DNA of 63,536 nucleotides, filler included, from Cladosporium halotolerans (lineage: Eukaryota), in assembly GCF_011745625.1 (NCBI RefSeq). It is 16 parts of 16 records of this genome, joined end to end, with 100 filler letters (N's around TTAATTAATTAA, not from the genome) between each part and the next. Parts side by side here need not be neighbours in the genome. Positions count along the whole stretch, not along the records: positions 33,083 to 37,021 come from NW_027191707.1; positions 37,122 to 41,039 come from NW_027191708.1; positions 41,140 to 44,886 come from NW_027191709.1; 13 more parts are not named here. One strand, given 5' to 3'. The translations under genes were made by a program, and so were the position numbers. Positions 33,871-44,861 of the stretch are shown here, piece after piece. Under the pieces are notes generated by a model, which worked only from the letters and a program-made list of their open reading frames with translations, was not told the origin of the DNA and did not search any database. The first letter of the stretch is position 1, and the number at the start of each line of letters is the position of its first letter.

Positions 33871-36800
33871 GGTTTTGTTTCAAGAGATTCGTGTGAAAAG
33901 GTGGGTGAGAGACCGTGAACAATCGGAAGAGGCGGCAGGCTTCGCCCGTGACAACGTCTTTATACAGTCTTCCTGAGCGGGAGACCTGCGATCACGTACC
34001 AGACCGGTGTTCTTCCAAACCTATCATATGAGACCCGCAAGTGCGAGCCTGGATGATACGGCAACCATTCCGTAACTGTCGACGCATGTCGTTTGCGGCG
34101 TGATTGTGCTAGGAAGCGGAACATCTCTTACGCGAGGTGCTAATGTGCTGAAGGGTACCATCGTGACGGTACGCCTGCCTCGCAGGCGATGATGAGCGCC
34201 CAACGAAAAGCGTCTGTCTTTGGTGAAGCTGCGTGCGTCAGGCCGCTGGTGTTCCAGTTAATAGAGTGCAGAACTCGCCCGGAGGACTCAATGCGCGTGG
34301 TGTGCGTACCCTTGACCCGGTCGACGTCCAAATCATAGTGACAATGCGATCTTCGTTTCTTTGTCGACACTTACAGATCACAGTGCCGCACTACCAGTGA
34401 GCAGAAGTGATGTTGGAACTTGCCCGGACGCTAAGCACGAGAAGCAGGGTTCCTGCATGGCCGGCTTCAGAGCTACCTCGTCCCCTCACGCTAAGGGCTG
34501 GGAGGTTGGAGAGCATGCTAGCGCTCGGCATGTGGGTACCGACATGGGAAGTCGAGTCAGTGAAAGCGTAGATAATCTCCCGTCAGCAAACCTTTTCATT
34601 CTGTTGAGAAGACATATTTATCATTGGCCAGATCGGGGTGTTGCCTTCTTCTGCGCATGACTCGCTTATCACGCAAGTTGCCCTGAAGATGCGAAACGGG
34701 CGGACGCCGGGCTTCGCCCACCGAACGGTGGAGTGCAGCGTATCGGTCTGTGGCGGAGCGCTTTCAAGGAGTATCTCATGCGGCCATTTCACGAGCGTTG
34801 GACCTCAGAGGACCCATGCGGCACGTGAAGGCAGTCCGGTCGCAGCCTCTCAAATTATCCCTGCCGGGGTCTCGTGCGGTCGGAGGGCGAGACAAGGAAG
34901 TACAGAGCGTTGTGGATCATTGGGGTCCAGCGAACTTTCCCCAGCCTGCCATCCTGTGTCGCGTTGATCAGCATGCTAGAACGAGAGTTTGATTGCAGCA
35001 AATGTGCAGCCCAGCTTGGCCCATATTCACACCGCAAGGACAAGCACTAGAAACCCGGAGTCTGACGGCGATGCACAATCCTTCGAAGCGCATGGTGCTA
35101 CTGATTACATCCAGCTTTCGAGCGGTTCCATGGTGTCGAACGACCACCGGGAACACGACGCCGCCGTCGACCACTTGCGCTCTTGGATGAGCACGGATGG
35201 TATGGAAGCTGGCGGAACGGGCAAAGCAGGGGCCTCCGACCAGGTCTTGGCGTTCACGTCAGCCGACATCGACATCGACATCGACTCGACTCGACTCGCG
35301 TGGTCGGAAGCGTTCTTCCACCAACCACTGTAGACAATCGACGGGTCTGCGATTCTAGCAGGGGTGTTTGGCGCAACCAGCGCAACAAACTTTCAACGGC
35401 TGCTTGCGCCGGATGCTAAGCGCCGGAGACTCCGTTCCGCGATGGAATTTGCCGCAGATTGGCACCAACAACGAGAGACCGTGCGGGCGATGGAAGGTCG
35501 GTCCCCCGGCAGCCAAGCGTCTGCGCGAGACTGATCCGCGAAGATCGCAAGGATGCGATGGCCAGACTTCTAGCGGCTGCCTTCATACCGTAGCCCAGAT
35601 CAAGCCAATGGCTGGATTCCCGCAGATGTCTAGAGCTTTGTTCAGAATCAATGAGCAAGGACTGGCCATTTTCATTTGGCCGCAAAAACATGGTTCAGAA
35701 TGAAGATTGGCTCACACAGTCCTCGCGTCAATCATGCAATCCTTCTGATAGACTCCCGTCAATGCAAGCCGCGTTGATCATTTGCCAGGGCATCAACGCA
35801 GAGATCGTCACTTTTGCGATAAGCGGTGGATTCGCGGTCGGTTAGCAGTATCTGAGATGAATCACGCACAAAAGGTGGCGCCAGCAGGCGCGAATCACTC
35901 AAAAACTCAGAGTCGCAGAACGCTTTGAACTACAGTACTACTGCCGGGGCATTTGGATCTCCGCATCATCCCAATGAGACGTGAGCGCCTAGGCACGCCC
36001 TTCGACGGCATAGCGATGAGCCGGTGACGCACAGCAGCAACATCCGCGTGTGGGCGAAGGAGCCTTGATCTCTTGAAGCCCTGAAGTGCCATTACATCAG
36101 TCGACGGCGCTACAGTATCCGAGATGCTCGACATGCCGGGGCTTTATCCCTTCGAGGCAGGCCCAGATCGCAAGTCGCTGTCACGTCAGGGTCGCGTAGG
36201 CCGCCAAACCCCGCGATTCTGGATCTCCGCCATTGGCCACAACACTCTTTTAGGCCGTTACGACAGCCGTTGGCCTAGATTAATTTACACACCCTGCCGT
36301 CAATTCGCGCCAACTTTAGAGGCGCGTGGGGCAGGCAGGCACGCTCCACCGGCGCCTGTCGCCAATTTGTCCCGCCTTCGCACGTCGAATACCTTTTCGT
36401 CTGCACTGCCAATCAGCGACTTGTGAGGAAGATCGCGCCGACACTTAGTTAGCTGCGCGACATCCCTGTTCTTCAAGGGCTATGGTGATCGAGCCCCCGG
36501 TCGTTGAGCCGTCCGGATCGTAATTCTGGGCCCTCAGTTGCTCGGCAGCAGTATCGCCGAGATTCAACTCGCCAGAATGATCCCTGTCCTTCACGAGCAG
36601 TGCAATGCTGCAAGCGCGGAAAGGCCTCGCCTCGCCGCATGACGGCGATGATCATGTGACACTCCCTGCGCCATTGCAGCACAGCGCCGCTTTTCGGCCG
36701 AGTCGGTCTTGTGTCCGGCCTGATGCGTACATGCTGATGCCGCCTCGCCGTACTTGCCTCAATCTTGCTTGCCGTCCGCACTGGGTCGCCGGGCGTACGA

Positions 36801-37121
36801 CTGCTCTGTCCCGTGCGCACTTAGATGGGCTGTTGCCCATGGCCACGACAACAGGCTGATGGCTTTCCGTGGTGCAATTCAGTGCTAATGCATGCTGTTT
36901 TGCACCAGCTGTCACCTCCAGTATGTACAGCGCGGCGGGTCCACAAGCGTCACAAACTTGATCGCAGCATATAATGTCTTTGTCTCTCCGTTCCAGCCGT
37001 GTCGTTCTGCGATGCTCCATTNNNNNNNNNNNNNNNNNNNNNNNNNNNNNNNNNNNNNNNNNNNNTTAATTAATTAANNNNNNNNNNNNNNNNNNNNNNN
37101 NNNNNNNNNNNNNNNNNNNNN

Positions 37122-37283
37122 AGGCGCGAAAACGTCTTGTGGAATACGGAGTTGAAGCGCGTCCTTATCATTGACTTTCACAAATCCGAGTTGATCAACA
37201 AGCAGACCACAATGCTCAAACGAAAGGGCGCCACGGTTGGCAGCGCCCATGTAAGACGACCGCGACCGCGTTTGGGCGTCTGA
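37122..37283 (+). CDS. Protein-kinase-like fold, C-terminal fragment
   Basis: RRENVLWNTELKRVLIIDFH resembles the catalytic-loop end plus DF motif; begins at contig edge. Confidence 0.6.
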   Translation, partial: RRENVLWNTELKRVLIIDFHKSELINKQTTMLKRKGATVGSAHVRRPRPRLGV

Positions 37284-38102
37284 AAACGAAAAGGTCAACC
37301 ACAGTTACAGCAAATTCTTTGGATTAGCTTTGCTGTCTTTGGATGGCCATCTAGCAGACGAAATGCCAGATTTCCGACCGGATGTTGTTACTAATCGTCA
37401 ATATGGGTCTATCGCCTGGTTTCGCCAACGCTTGCACGATGCGTGTAGCTTCCCTGGCAATTTCCGTATACGACAGAAAGATCTGCAAATTAATGATGAA
37501 AGGAGAGCGGGGAAACTGAATGATGAAAAAGCAAAGGGTTATCTTACTATACCTTTGTGAAGACCGCGCCTGCACAGACACTTCACCATTTAGTCATGCT
37601 TAAGGCCAGTGCCAACTATCTGTACCACGTGCACGGCGTCCTACGCAATTTCTTCTCGCCGGATTGGGCAGACCATGAAAGTCGACGAGCTTTCAAGGAT
37701 CTTCACTTTCCCGCGGAGGTGTTCATCGGTAGCCACGGTACTCGCAGGGCCCTCAGTATTCTGTCCAAGGTTGGTCTCGCGCGTCATGCTGTAAGATCGC
37801 AATAGCGGCGGTGTGACCGTTTTCAACTCCGAACAAGTGACAATCTGCATGATGAGAAGCAAATCGTCCCTAACGTAAAAAGCTTTGCGCACGAGATGGC
37901 ACAGATGAGACACGAAATTAGTTGCTTGTGACACATTGCAGTAATCAGCATTCGGGTGTCGAATAGGGACTGCGACTTGCTATTGAGACACAAACCCGTT
38001 TACATCACAAGGATGGTCCACATCATGTTCTTGAGAAGACTGCATGCTCAGCGAGAAGGGTGGAACATCGTTCACAGGTGGGATCCGACAAGACAAGACA
38101 GC

Positions 38103-38857
38103 TCAAGTCTTGCGAAAGTCAGACAGCACCGGGTATATGAGCTCGAAAGCCTGGTACAGCTCTTCCCGTACCTTGGCGCCGGTCAAGACAAGTTTTCCAG
38201 AAACGAAGATCAGCAAAACGACTTTTGGCTCCATCATGCGATATATCAGACCCGGGAAGAGCTCGGGTTTGTAGGAGCTGAACATGTGATGCCGGTTGGC
38301 CAGGCCCTCGAGCCGGACCGGGAGTTTGATGTCCCAAGAAGCAACGATGTTTTGTATCTTAAACTCTGTAAACTTCGTATTGAAGCCCAGCTTTTGAAGC
38401 ACACGCGTGGACTTGCGACTCGCAAGCTTAACGTCATCTTCAGACTTCGCACCCGTGACGACCATCTTGCCAGATGCGAAGATGAGGGCAGTCGTCTTGG
38501 GCTCACGTATGCGCATAAACGCGGCTGCGAAACGCTTAGAGAACAGTCAGAAAGAGCCTACACTACCATGAGAACGCCCTTACCTTGGGATTGTATTCTG
38601 CATTACGGGCGTGCAACGCGATGGTCTTAAGGTCGAGGCGACAGCCGAGGTTTACCGTAGCAACGACATTTCTTCACAGTGGTGTCATTATGCTGACCAG
38701 GTCGCATGGTTTTAGTGGGGACCTTGCGCAGTGCTTACTGTAGCGTGGGGATTACTCCACTAACACCTAACGAGGTGCCAGACGTGGGAGCTGTACACTG
38801 CTTGTCGAGTACGAGTGCCTCTGGAGGCGGACTACGGGTGGTGCTGACGTCGTTCAT
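38103..38857 (-). CDS. TBP: TATA-binding protein (SPT15-like), divergent paralogue; exons 38857-38739, 38671-38584, 38534-38103 (212 aa from first in-frame ATG)
   Basis: [56 protein letters not shown]...[11 protein letters not shown]...[15 protein letters not shown]; two GT-AG introns restore the frame; start codon uncertain. Confidence 0.95.
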
Positions 38858-39583
38858 CACGCCCTGCGATGGGTCATTTGTTTGGACAACGCGTTGACTT
38901 GGGTGCTGTTGAGTTCCTACAAGAGAAGAAACTTGAGGGGCACAAGTCGTTCGCAAGCACTTCTGTGATCTTAACGTGGATGGCTTAGACTGCCATCAGC
39001 ACAAGCGCCAGTAATCTCGGTTAATTGCATCGCCGATAGGAAGGGCGGTTAGACAGCCGCGGCGCGTCCCGCAGTCCAGCTCTGGAGCGGCTGAGCACAG
39101 GCCTGGTTGCTCCTGGAGCAGGATGGTCCAAGCGTTATCGTGAAGTTGTCAGTTGACTGCTGTGAAAATTGTTATGTGAAATATTTCTTCCTTCCTTCAA
39201 ATTGTATGGTCATATTCGTCGACCGGCTCGGAGGTCTGATTTGATGCACGTCGTCGTTGCGTTTGTCTTGTTGTAGCCTGCGACACCGCGTCCTGTCGCC
39301 GCTGAAGTACCAAGCCTGACAGGCTTGCATAATTTACTTCATCGTTCACCGTGCCGAATGCCTTGGAGACGCATCCCCCAGCCAGCACATTCCTGCCGAA
39401 GGTTGAAGGAGGGCGGTCGTGAACAAGGGAAGCCGTAGGGAGAGAGAAAGTTCATATGCTCAATCTGCAGCTCGTCAGGTCGCGCCTTGACTGTACCTTG
39501 ACCCTTTGGCTACGCAATCAGGCATCGAAAGACCAATTCGGCCCAACGCGCGCGCGAACGCGCAAAACTTGATTCTTCCCGGT

Positions 39584-40465
39584 ATGCCAGGTCGCACATC
39601 GTCTCGGAGCGTTTCATCTACACGCAGGAAGAGAAGAAAAGGATACGGGTGGACTAAGCGCCGGCTTCTCGACACCTGGCCAGCAAGGGCAATTCTTGAG
39701 GAAAATTCTCGAGAAAATCACATACTTTGGGAACCGGTATCCGGCGAGTCCGAATATGAGCAAACATGGGAGCCGAAACATTAGCCGAATGATTCTCTTG
39801 TCGCAGATTGGAAGCAGCATCAGCGCGCCATCGTGGAAATGCACACCGACAGTGACAAGAACGTAGAAGATCTTCAGCCGGCAGACCAGGGAAAAACTGA
39901 ATATCATGGCAAAGTGGAGTTTGGAGGCTCCTCACCAAAGACTCTCCCAGTCATTCAGTCGACCGAACGGCACAGTGCCAGCGATGGGAATATTCGTGGG
40001 TTCTGCGCCCATCTGCATCAACAGAACACGTCTGACGAAGTCTTGTCATGTCCCTCAAGGCAAGCAGCTTCAACTGTGAATTCTGATCAGGCCTCATGGG
40101 ATCATTCAGGCACCGATCTGCCGCATTCGAATCATGACCCAGTGTGTGATTCAAGTGAAGATAAAGGTCACGGGGGACACGATCCACGTCCCGGTACAAG
40201 AATATGCACGTTGCTACTGCCAGACCCGCCTGTTCTAGCGGAATATGTCACGCATGAAAGAATGAATTCGATCCCAAATGATGGCGAATCACCACAGACC
40301 GCGAGCGCTGCTAAAGTGTTGGGTGATGATAAACACTCGTCTTCCGGGAAGCTAGCAAATGCACGACAGCAGCTGCGAGATCTGCTCTACAGACGCAAGA
40401 ACCACCGACCGGGCCGCGGAAGATTTAAAGCCCCCATGTCGCCTCCAAGCTCTGAATATTGCTAA
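39584..40465 (+). pseudogene. Chromo-like domain protein with internal stop
   Basis: WPARAILEE...HILWEP...YEQTWEPKH*PNDSLVADWK; TAG at 39782-84 separates two same-frame ORFs. Confidence 0.65.
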
Positions 40466-40711
40466 CTGGGCAGCGAAGAGGACTCGCAGGGAGGTGGATT
40501 CAAAAGAGGAACAGGGGGTAGGCGCCTCTGACTCTAGTCGACGGGGGGGTTCCGCTTTGACCGCTGCGCGTTTATAGAGTCGCACGTGGTACTTGGCGCA
40601 AGACACAAAACAACAACGCAGCAAAGACGCAACGCGTATCTTCGATCTCATCACTTACTCACTTTCGACTTCCGGACTTCTGACATCACAGGTCACTAGG
40701 TGCGGTAGTAA

Positions 40712-41039
40712 ATGGCGTCCGCTCGTCTGCGAGTTCCGCCCAAGGAGCCAGAGGCGCGCAAAGGGCGGCGACTAGAAGACGAAGCCTCCGGATCCGGGTC
40801 GGCAGAGCCAAGGAGTCCAGCGCTTCTCTCGTTTGATGAGATGCCGCAATGGTTTCAAGACGACAATAATGAATGGGTTCGTCACGGTTACCGACCCATA
40901 TCACACTCGGTTCGCACCTCGCTCCGCAGTTGGTGGAGAGTCCACAACGAGACGGTCAACATCTATTCCCACCTCATCCCGGCCGTTGCATTCCTCCTTG
41001 GCGAGTGGTATATTCTACAGTACCTTAATCGCGACGATT
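40712..41039 (+). CDS. PAQR/haemolysin-III (IZH-like) membrane protein, 5' part
   Basis: EMPQWFQDDNNEWVRHGYRP...SWWRVHNETVNIYSHL; runs off contig edge. Confidence 0.92.
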
Positions 41040-41139
41040 NNNNNNNNNNNNNNNNNNNNNNNNNNNNNNNNNNNNNNNNNNNNTTAATTAATTAANNNNN
41101 NNNNNNNNNNNNNNNNNNNNNNNNNNNNNNNNNNNNNNN

Positions 41140-41230
41140 TGATTGCTGATTGATTTCTGATTGAGCGCCCACCTGACTGATTTGATTCCTGATTGAGCTT
41201 CACCTGATTCTGAATATTCAAGATTCAAGA
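41140..41230. repeat. TGATT-rich short-motif cluster at contig edge
   Basis: Multiple (C)TGATT units plus ATTCAAG x2 within 90 bp. Confidence 0.6.
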
Positions 41231-42320
41231 TCTATGTCTGTGGCACGCATCCAGCACCGGCTTGCACGATTTGGTCAGCATACTAATTTTGAACGGAGCA
41301 GAAGTCGATGCAAAAGACCGCGAAGGTTCGACACCATTGATGGCCGCAATAGATGGCCCTCGTGATAAATCTATCGAGACAATGCAGATTTTGCTGCGTG
41401 AGGGTGCCGACATCAATATTCGGGACAACGAGCGAGAAACTGCTCTTCACAGAGCGGTATCTAGTGGTCACGAAGAAGCGGTCCGTCTGCTGCTCAAACA
41501 TTACCACAAGCGCTACTCGCTGTACGATGAGTTGCAGGTTCTGCGTGAGTTTCTAGGGTACTTCGCTTTCTTGCCGTCCATAAAATCATTGTGGGCGCAC
41601 ACGCCTCACGGCCCTAGATCTCCACCCCGCCGGTTATCAAATCGGGAGGATAGCGAATTCGCAGTCCACAAACGTTGCGACTTAGAGGTAGACGCAAGCA
41701 ACTCCCACAAACAGACGGCATTACACATGGCCGCGAGGCTTGGAGATCAAACTGTCGCCAGACGTTTGCTTGACGGCGGAGCCAATATTGAGGCTCATGA
41801 CTATGCCGGAGACACGCCGCTGCACGTAGCAGTCCAAATTGATCGCGAAGACATGGTGCAGCTACTTTTGGAAAAGGGGGCTTCGGCAAGTGCAGCTAAC
41901 ATTGAGAAACAAACTCCACTGCACCTAGCGGTCGGCAGAGGGCGCGTGAAGATACTCTCGGCCCTGATCTCTGGAACGAAGACAATCAATGCTTGCGACG
42001 GTCGTGGCAGAACAGCTCTTCATTATTTAGCGGAACAGACTCTCGAACGATCCATGGGAGAGTCCTGGGGCCTAGCGCAGTGGGAGAGAAACGATGTTTC
42101 CATGAACGGTAGACATGCAGTGACCCTTGTTACTGGACTTTTCCTCAGGCATCGCGCGGAGTTCGCCTTGAAAGATTCAGAGGGCGAGACTGCGCTTGAA
42201 AAAGCTGAGAGAAAAGGGAATGGCTGGATGCTTGACGGGATCGCAGACTTTCGCCGACACATTCAGTCGAACATAGAGGACGGTGGAAATCCTGGCCAAG
42301 CTGGAGATCAAAAAAACTAG
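41229..42320 (+). CDS. Ankyrin-repeat protein, apparently lacking its N-terminus
   Basis: About 7 repeats (GSTPLMAA, ETALHRAV, QTALHMAA, DTPLHVAV, QTPLHLAV, RTALHYLA, ETALEKA); no ATG before the first repeat. Confidence 0.9.
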   Translation, partial: DLCLWHASSTGLHDLVSILILNGAEVDAKDREGSTPLMAAIDGPRDKSIETMQILLREGADINIRDNERETALHRAVSSGHEEAVRLLLKHYHKRYSLYDELQVLREFLGYFAFLPSIKSLWAHTPHGPRSPPRRLSNREDSEFAVHKRCDLEVDASNSHKQTALHMAARLGDQTVARRLLDGGANIEAHDYAGDTPLHVAVQIDREDMVQLLLEKGASASAANIEKQTPLHLAVGRGRVKILSALISGTKTINACDGRGRTALHYLAEQTLERSMGESWGLAQWERNDVSMNGRHAVTLVTGLFLRHRAEFALKDSEGETALEKAERKGNGWMLDGIADFRRHIQSNIEDGGNPGQAGDQKN

Positions 42321-42519
42321 ACTGCCGCTTGCGATTCATCGACCTAGGAATTTTTGACCCCTTCAGGTGACGGATCTCCTGATGTCTTCCAGCCAGCAAA
42401 ATCGCTGGGAAACAGGTTTCCATGCTCTAATCAGCGGGACTGGTAGGTGAGAGCCCTAACCGAATGCATCGACTTGGCATCAATGCGTATCTTCGTTGCT
42501 GAGCTGCATACCTAGTCGC

Positions 42520-44049
42520 TTAATCCATCTCATCCACCGCAAGACGCTGCGGTTCCTCCTCGGGGGCCACCGCACGTGCCTTACCCTGTCTCTCCAGCTC
42601 CTCGACCGCTTTCTGCCCTTCCTCAGTCGTCGCATCAATGACACCCTCCTCGAGACTCAGCATACCGCCATTACCCAGCTGCTCAACAATCTGCTCCGCC
42701 TCATCCACGCTCATCTTCCCAAGAACCTCGTTGACCTTGTCCAGGCTCTCACTCTCCAGGGCCCGCTGCAAGCCCGGTGGGAAAGAGTCGAAGATCGCGC
42801 GGGCGGTTCGTTCATCATCGGTCGTGCACTTGTTCGCGGCCGGGGGCGTGACGATGTTGATCTGTGTGTTCGGATCGACGGCGTGCAGCTGGATCTGCTC
42901 TTTGTCGGAGGATCCGGCACTCTCGCGTGCGAGCTCGGCTGTGCGTGTGCGAATCCGTGCGTAAGTGCTATTGACGTCGTCGAGGAAGAGCTTGCGTGCT
43001 TGGTGACCGGGCGTTTGGATTCTCTTAAAGAAGAGGCCGACGCCGTCCTTTCCTAGCTGTCGACAGTATTGGAGGAGGAGAGCTTGATGGACGCACTGCC
43101 GGGCGTAGTCCTCTTCACTCTTGCTTTGGGCATTGCTTTGAGAGTTGAAAGCCTCAACGAGCAGGCCATCGGTTTCCTTCTCGACCAGGATTCCGGGATT
43201 CTTCCCAATGAACTCGAGTGATCCGGCGTAGTCGCCGAAAGCGAATTTGGCGAATCGCTTTGCTGTAGGAGAAGCCTCCATGTCGTCTTCGTCGGCCTCG
43301 CCGGGCGCTGTGCTTACTGCGCCGTCTTCGATGTCGGCTTCCGCGCCGGATGTCAGTCCACCATCTTGCTTGGACGGGCGGTTAGGATTGAGCAGCTCAG
43401 GCTGTACTGAAGATGCAGGCGCCGTGGGCGTCGGCTTTGCGACGTAGGAGCTATTGAAGCCTTCGTGTAATGACTCCGAAGTTATCTTGCCAGCCTCTAC
43501 TTTCTCCAGCTTGGTGAGCTCTGTGTTGAGATCTCGCTGCAAACCGTTGACCTTGTCCTGGTGTGCGGTGACCTCTTTCACATATTCTTCGTAGCGCTCC
43601 GCACCCTCAGACTTGTTCTTGTCAATCTCCGTCTTCACCTGGTCCACCAGCGCGCCCATCATCTTGCTGAAACTCGCCAACTCCTCGTTTGTGTGCACGC
43701 CCTCGGGAGGCTGCGGCGGATTGTCGCTACCTAGGCTTCCATCACTGCTCACTTCCATCAAGGCGTCGAAGACCACCTCGTCCACCTGGCTCACTTCCTT
43801 CTTGCCCTCAGCCTCCGCCTTGTGTGTGTCCAGACTCTTCAGCAGGGCATCTATGCGGGCGAGCAGGCCATCATTGATGACGCGCTCATATTTCAGGGTC
43901 GTGATGCGGTGTCTCCTCGCAAGGCGTTCCTGGTGGATTTGATTCTGCTTTGCGCGGATGAAGGAGCGCTTGTCGACGTTCGGATGGACTTCGATGTCAG
44001 AGTCGTCGGACAGCTCAAGGGCGTCCCATTTGCTGTAGTCAAGAGGCAT
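42520..44049 (-). CDS. CDC37: Hsp90 co-chaperone Cdc37, 509 aa, intronless
   Basis: MPLDYSKWDALELSDDSDIEVHPNVDKRSFIRAKQ, CVHQALLLQYC, FDSFPPGLQRALES. Confidence 0.97.
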   Translation of the reverse strand: MPLDYSKWDALELSDDSDIEVHPNVDKRSFIRAKQNQIHQERLARRHRITTLKYERVINDGLLARIDALLKSLDTHKAEAEGKKEVSQVDEVVFDALMEVSSDGSLGSDNPPQPPEGVHTNEELASFSKMMGALVDQVKTEIDKNKSEGAERYEEYVKEVTAHQDKVNGLQRDLNTELTKLEKVEAGKITSESLHEGFNSSYVAKPTPTAPASSVQPELLNPNRPSKQDGGLTSGAEADIEDGAVSTAPGEADEDDMEASPTAKRFAKFAFGDYAGSLEFIGKNPGILVEKETDGLLVEAFNSQSNAQSKSEEDYARQCVHQALLLQYCRQLGKDGVGLFFKRIQTPGHQARKLFLDDVNSTYARIRTRTAELARESAGSSDKEQIQLHAVDPNTQINIVTPPAANKCTTDDERTARAIFDSFPPGLQRALESESLDKVNEVLGKMSVDEAEQIVEQLGNGGMLSLEEGVIDATTEEGQKAVEELERQGKARAVAPEEEPQRLAVDEMD

Positions 44050-44788
44050 GGTGGAAAGGAGCGGTAGCTGGTGTGAGTGCGGACGAGAGACTCACAAGGC
44101 GATGAGGCAGTATCTCATGCGACGTTGTAGCAAAATTGCAGGTGACGTTGGATGCTTCTCGAAGGTGCGTGGGAACCACGCGACGAAGGCAAGCCCCACC
44201 AAGCAGTTGCGCGCGAGTCAAGCCAGTCGGCCAGGGCGCGCAACGCTTTCGCTTGGCCGAGTCATAGCAGATGTCACCCTCCAAGTGTGAGACGGTACAT
44301 TTCAGGAAAGGAAAGAAAATCTTTGGTCCTTTCTCGCAAGCCAGCTGACAATTTCTTGACAGCCACTCAAAAGTGGTATCGCCTTGTCGGAAAATTGCTG
44401 CACGATTTCATTATGCCCGCGAAGAAGCTCTAGATGACGGCGGACACTTCACTTCGCCCGAGCATCTCGTTCGACCTGGGAGTGTTTCGGTACGTGTCGA
44501 ATTCTACGAAGTTCAGATCGACGCGTTTGATACATCTCTGGTTTGGCTGGTTGATGATCGGTGGTTACTTTATCTCATGTCTATCCAGAGAACTCGGGAC
44601 GACGCTATTGGAAGTAGACATAATGGCAATCCAGATCAGTTCTCGCCTATGTCCACTGGCAAGGGATCTCAGATCGCGGACGTAGATTCAAAGGGCGAAG
44701 CGGCAAGACGGCTGTAACGTCGCGTGCATGCAAGTGGCAAATCTGCCTTCCGAAGGCGATAAGCCGTCTCGGCCGTGCGTGTGCGACA

Positions 44789-44861
44789 CCTCGCCAAAAG
44801 GCAACGGAGGAGAACACTGATCTCCTCGCCAAAAGGCAACGGAGGAGAACACTGATCTCCT
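44789..44861 (+). repeat. 35-bp perfect tandem duplication
   Basis: CCTCGCCAAAAGGCAACGGAGGAGAACACTGATCT at 44789 and 44824. Confidence 0.95.

Noticed and set aside
33900..37021. Short overlapping ORFs in contig 9
   Set aside because: No recognisable motifs or consistent exon structure; likely intergenic or heavily decayed
37956..38630. 224-aa plus-strand ORF
   Set aside because: Antisense shadow of the TBP gene
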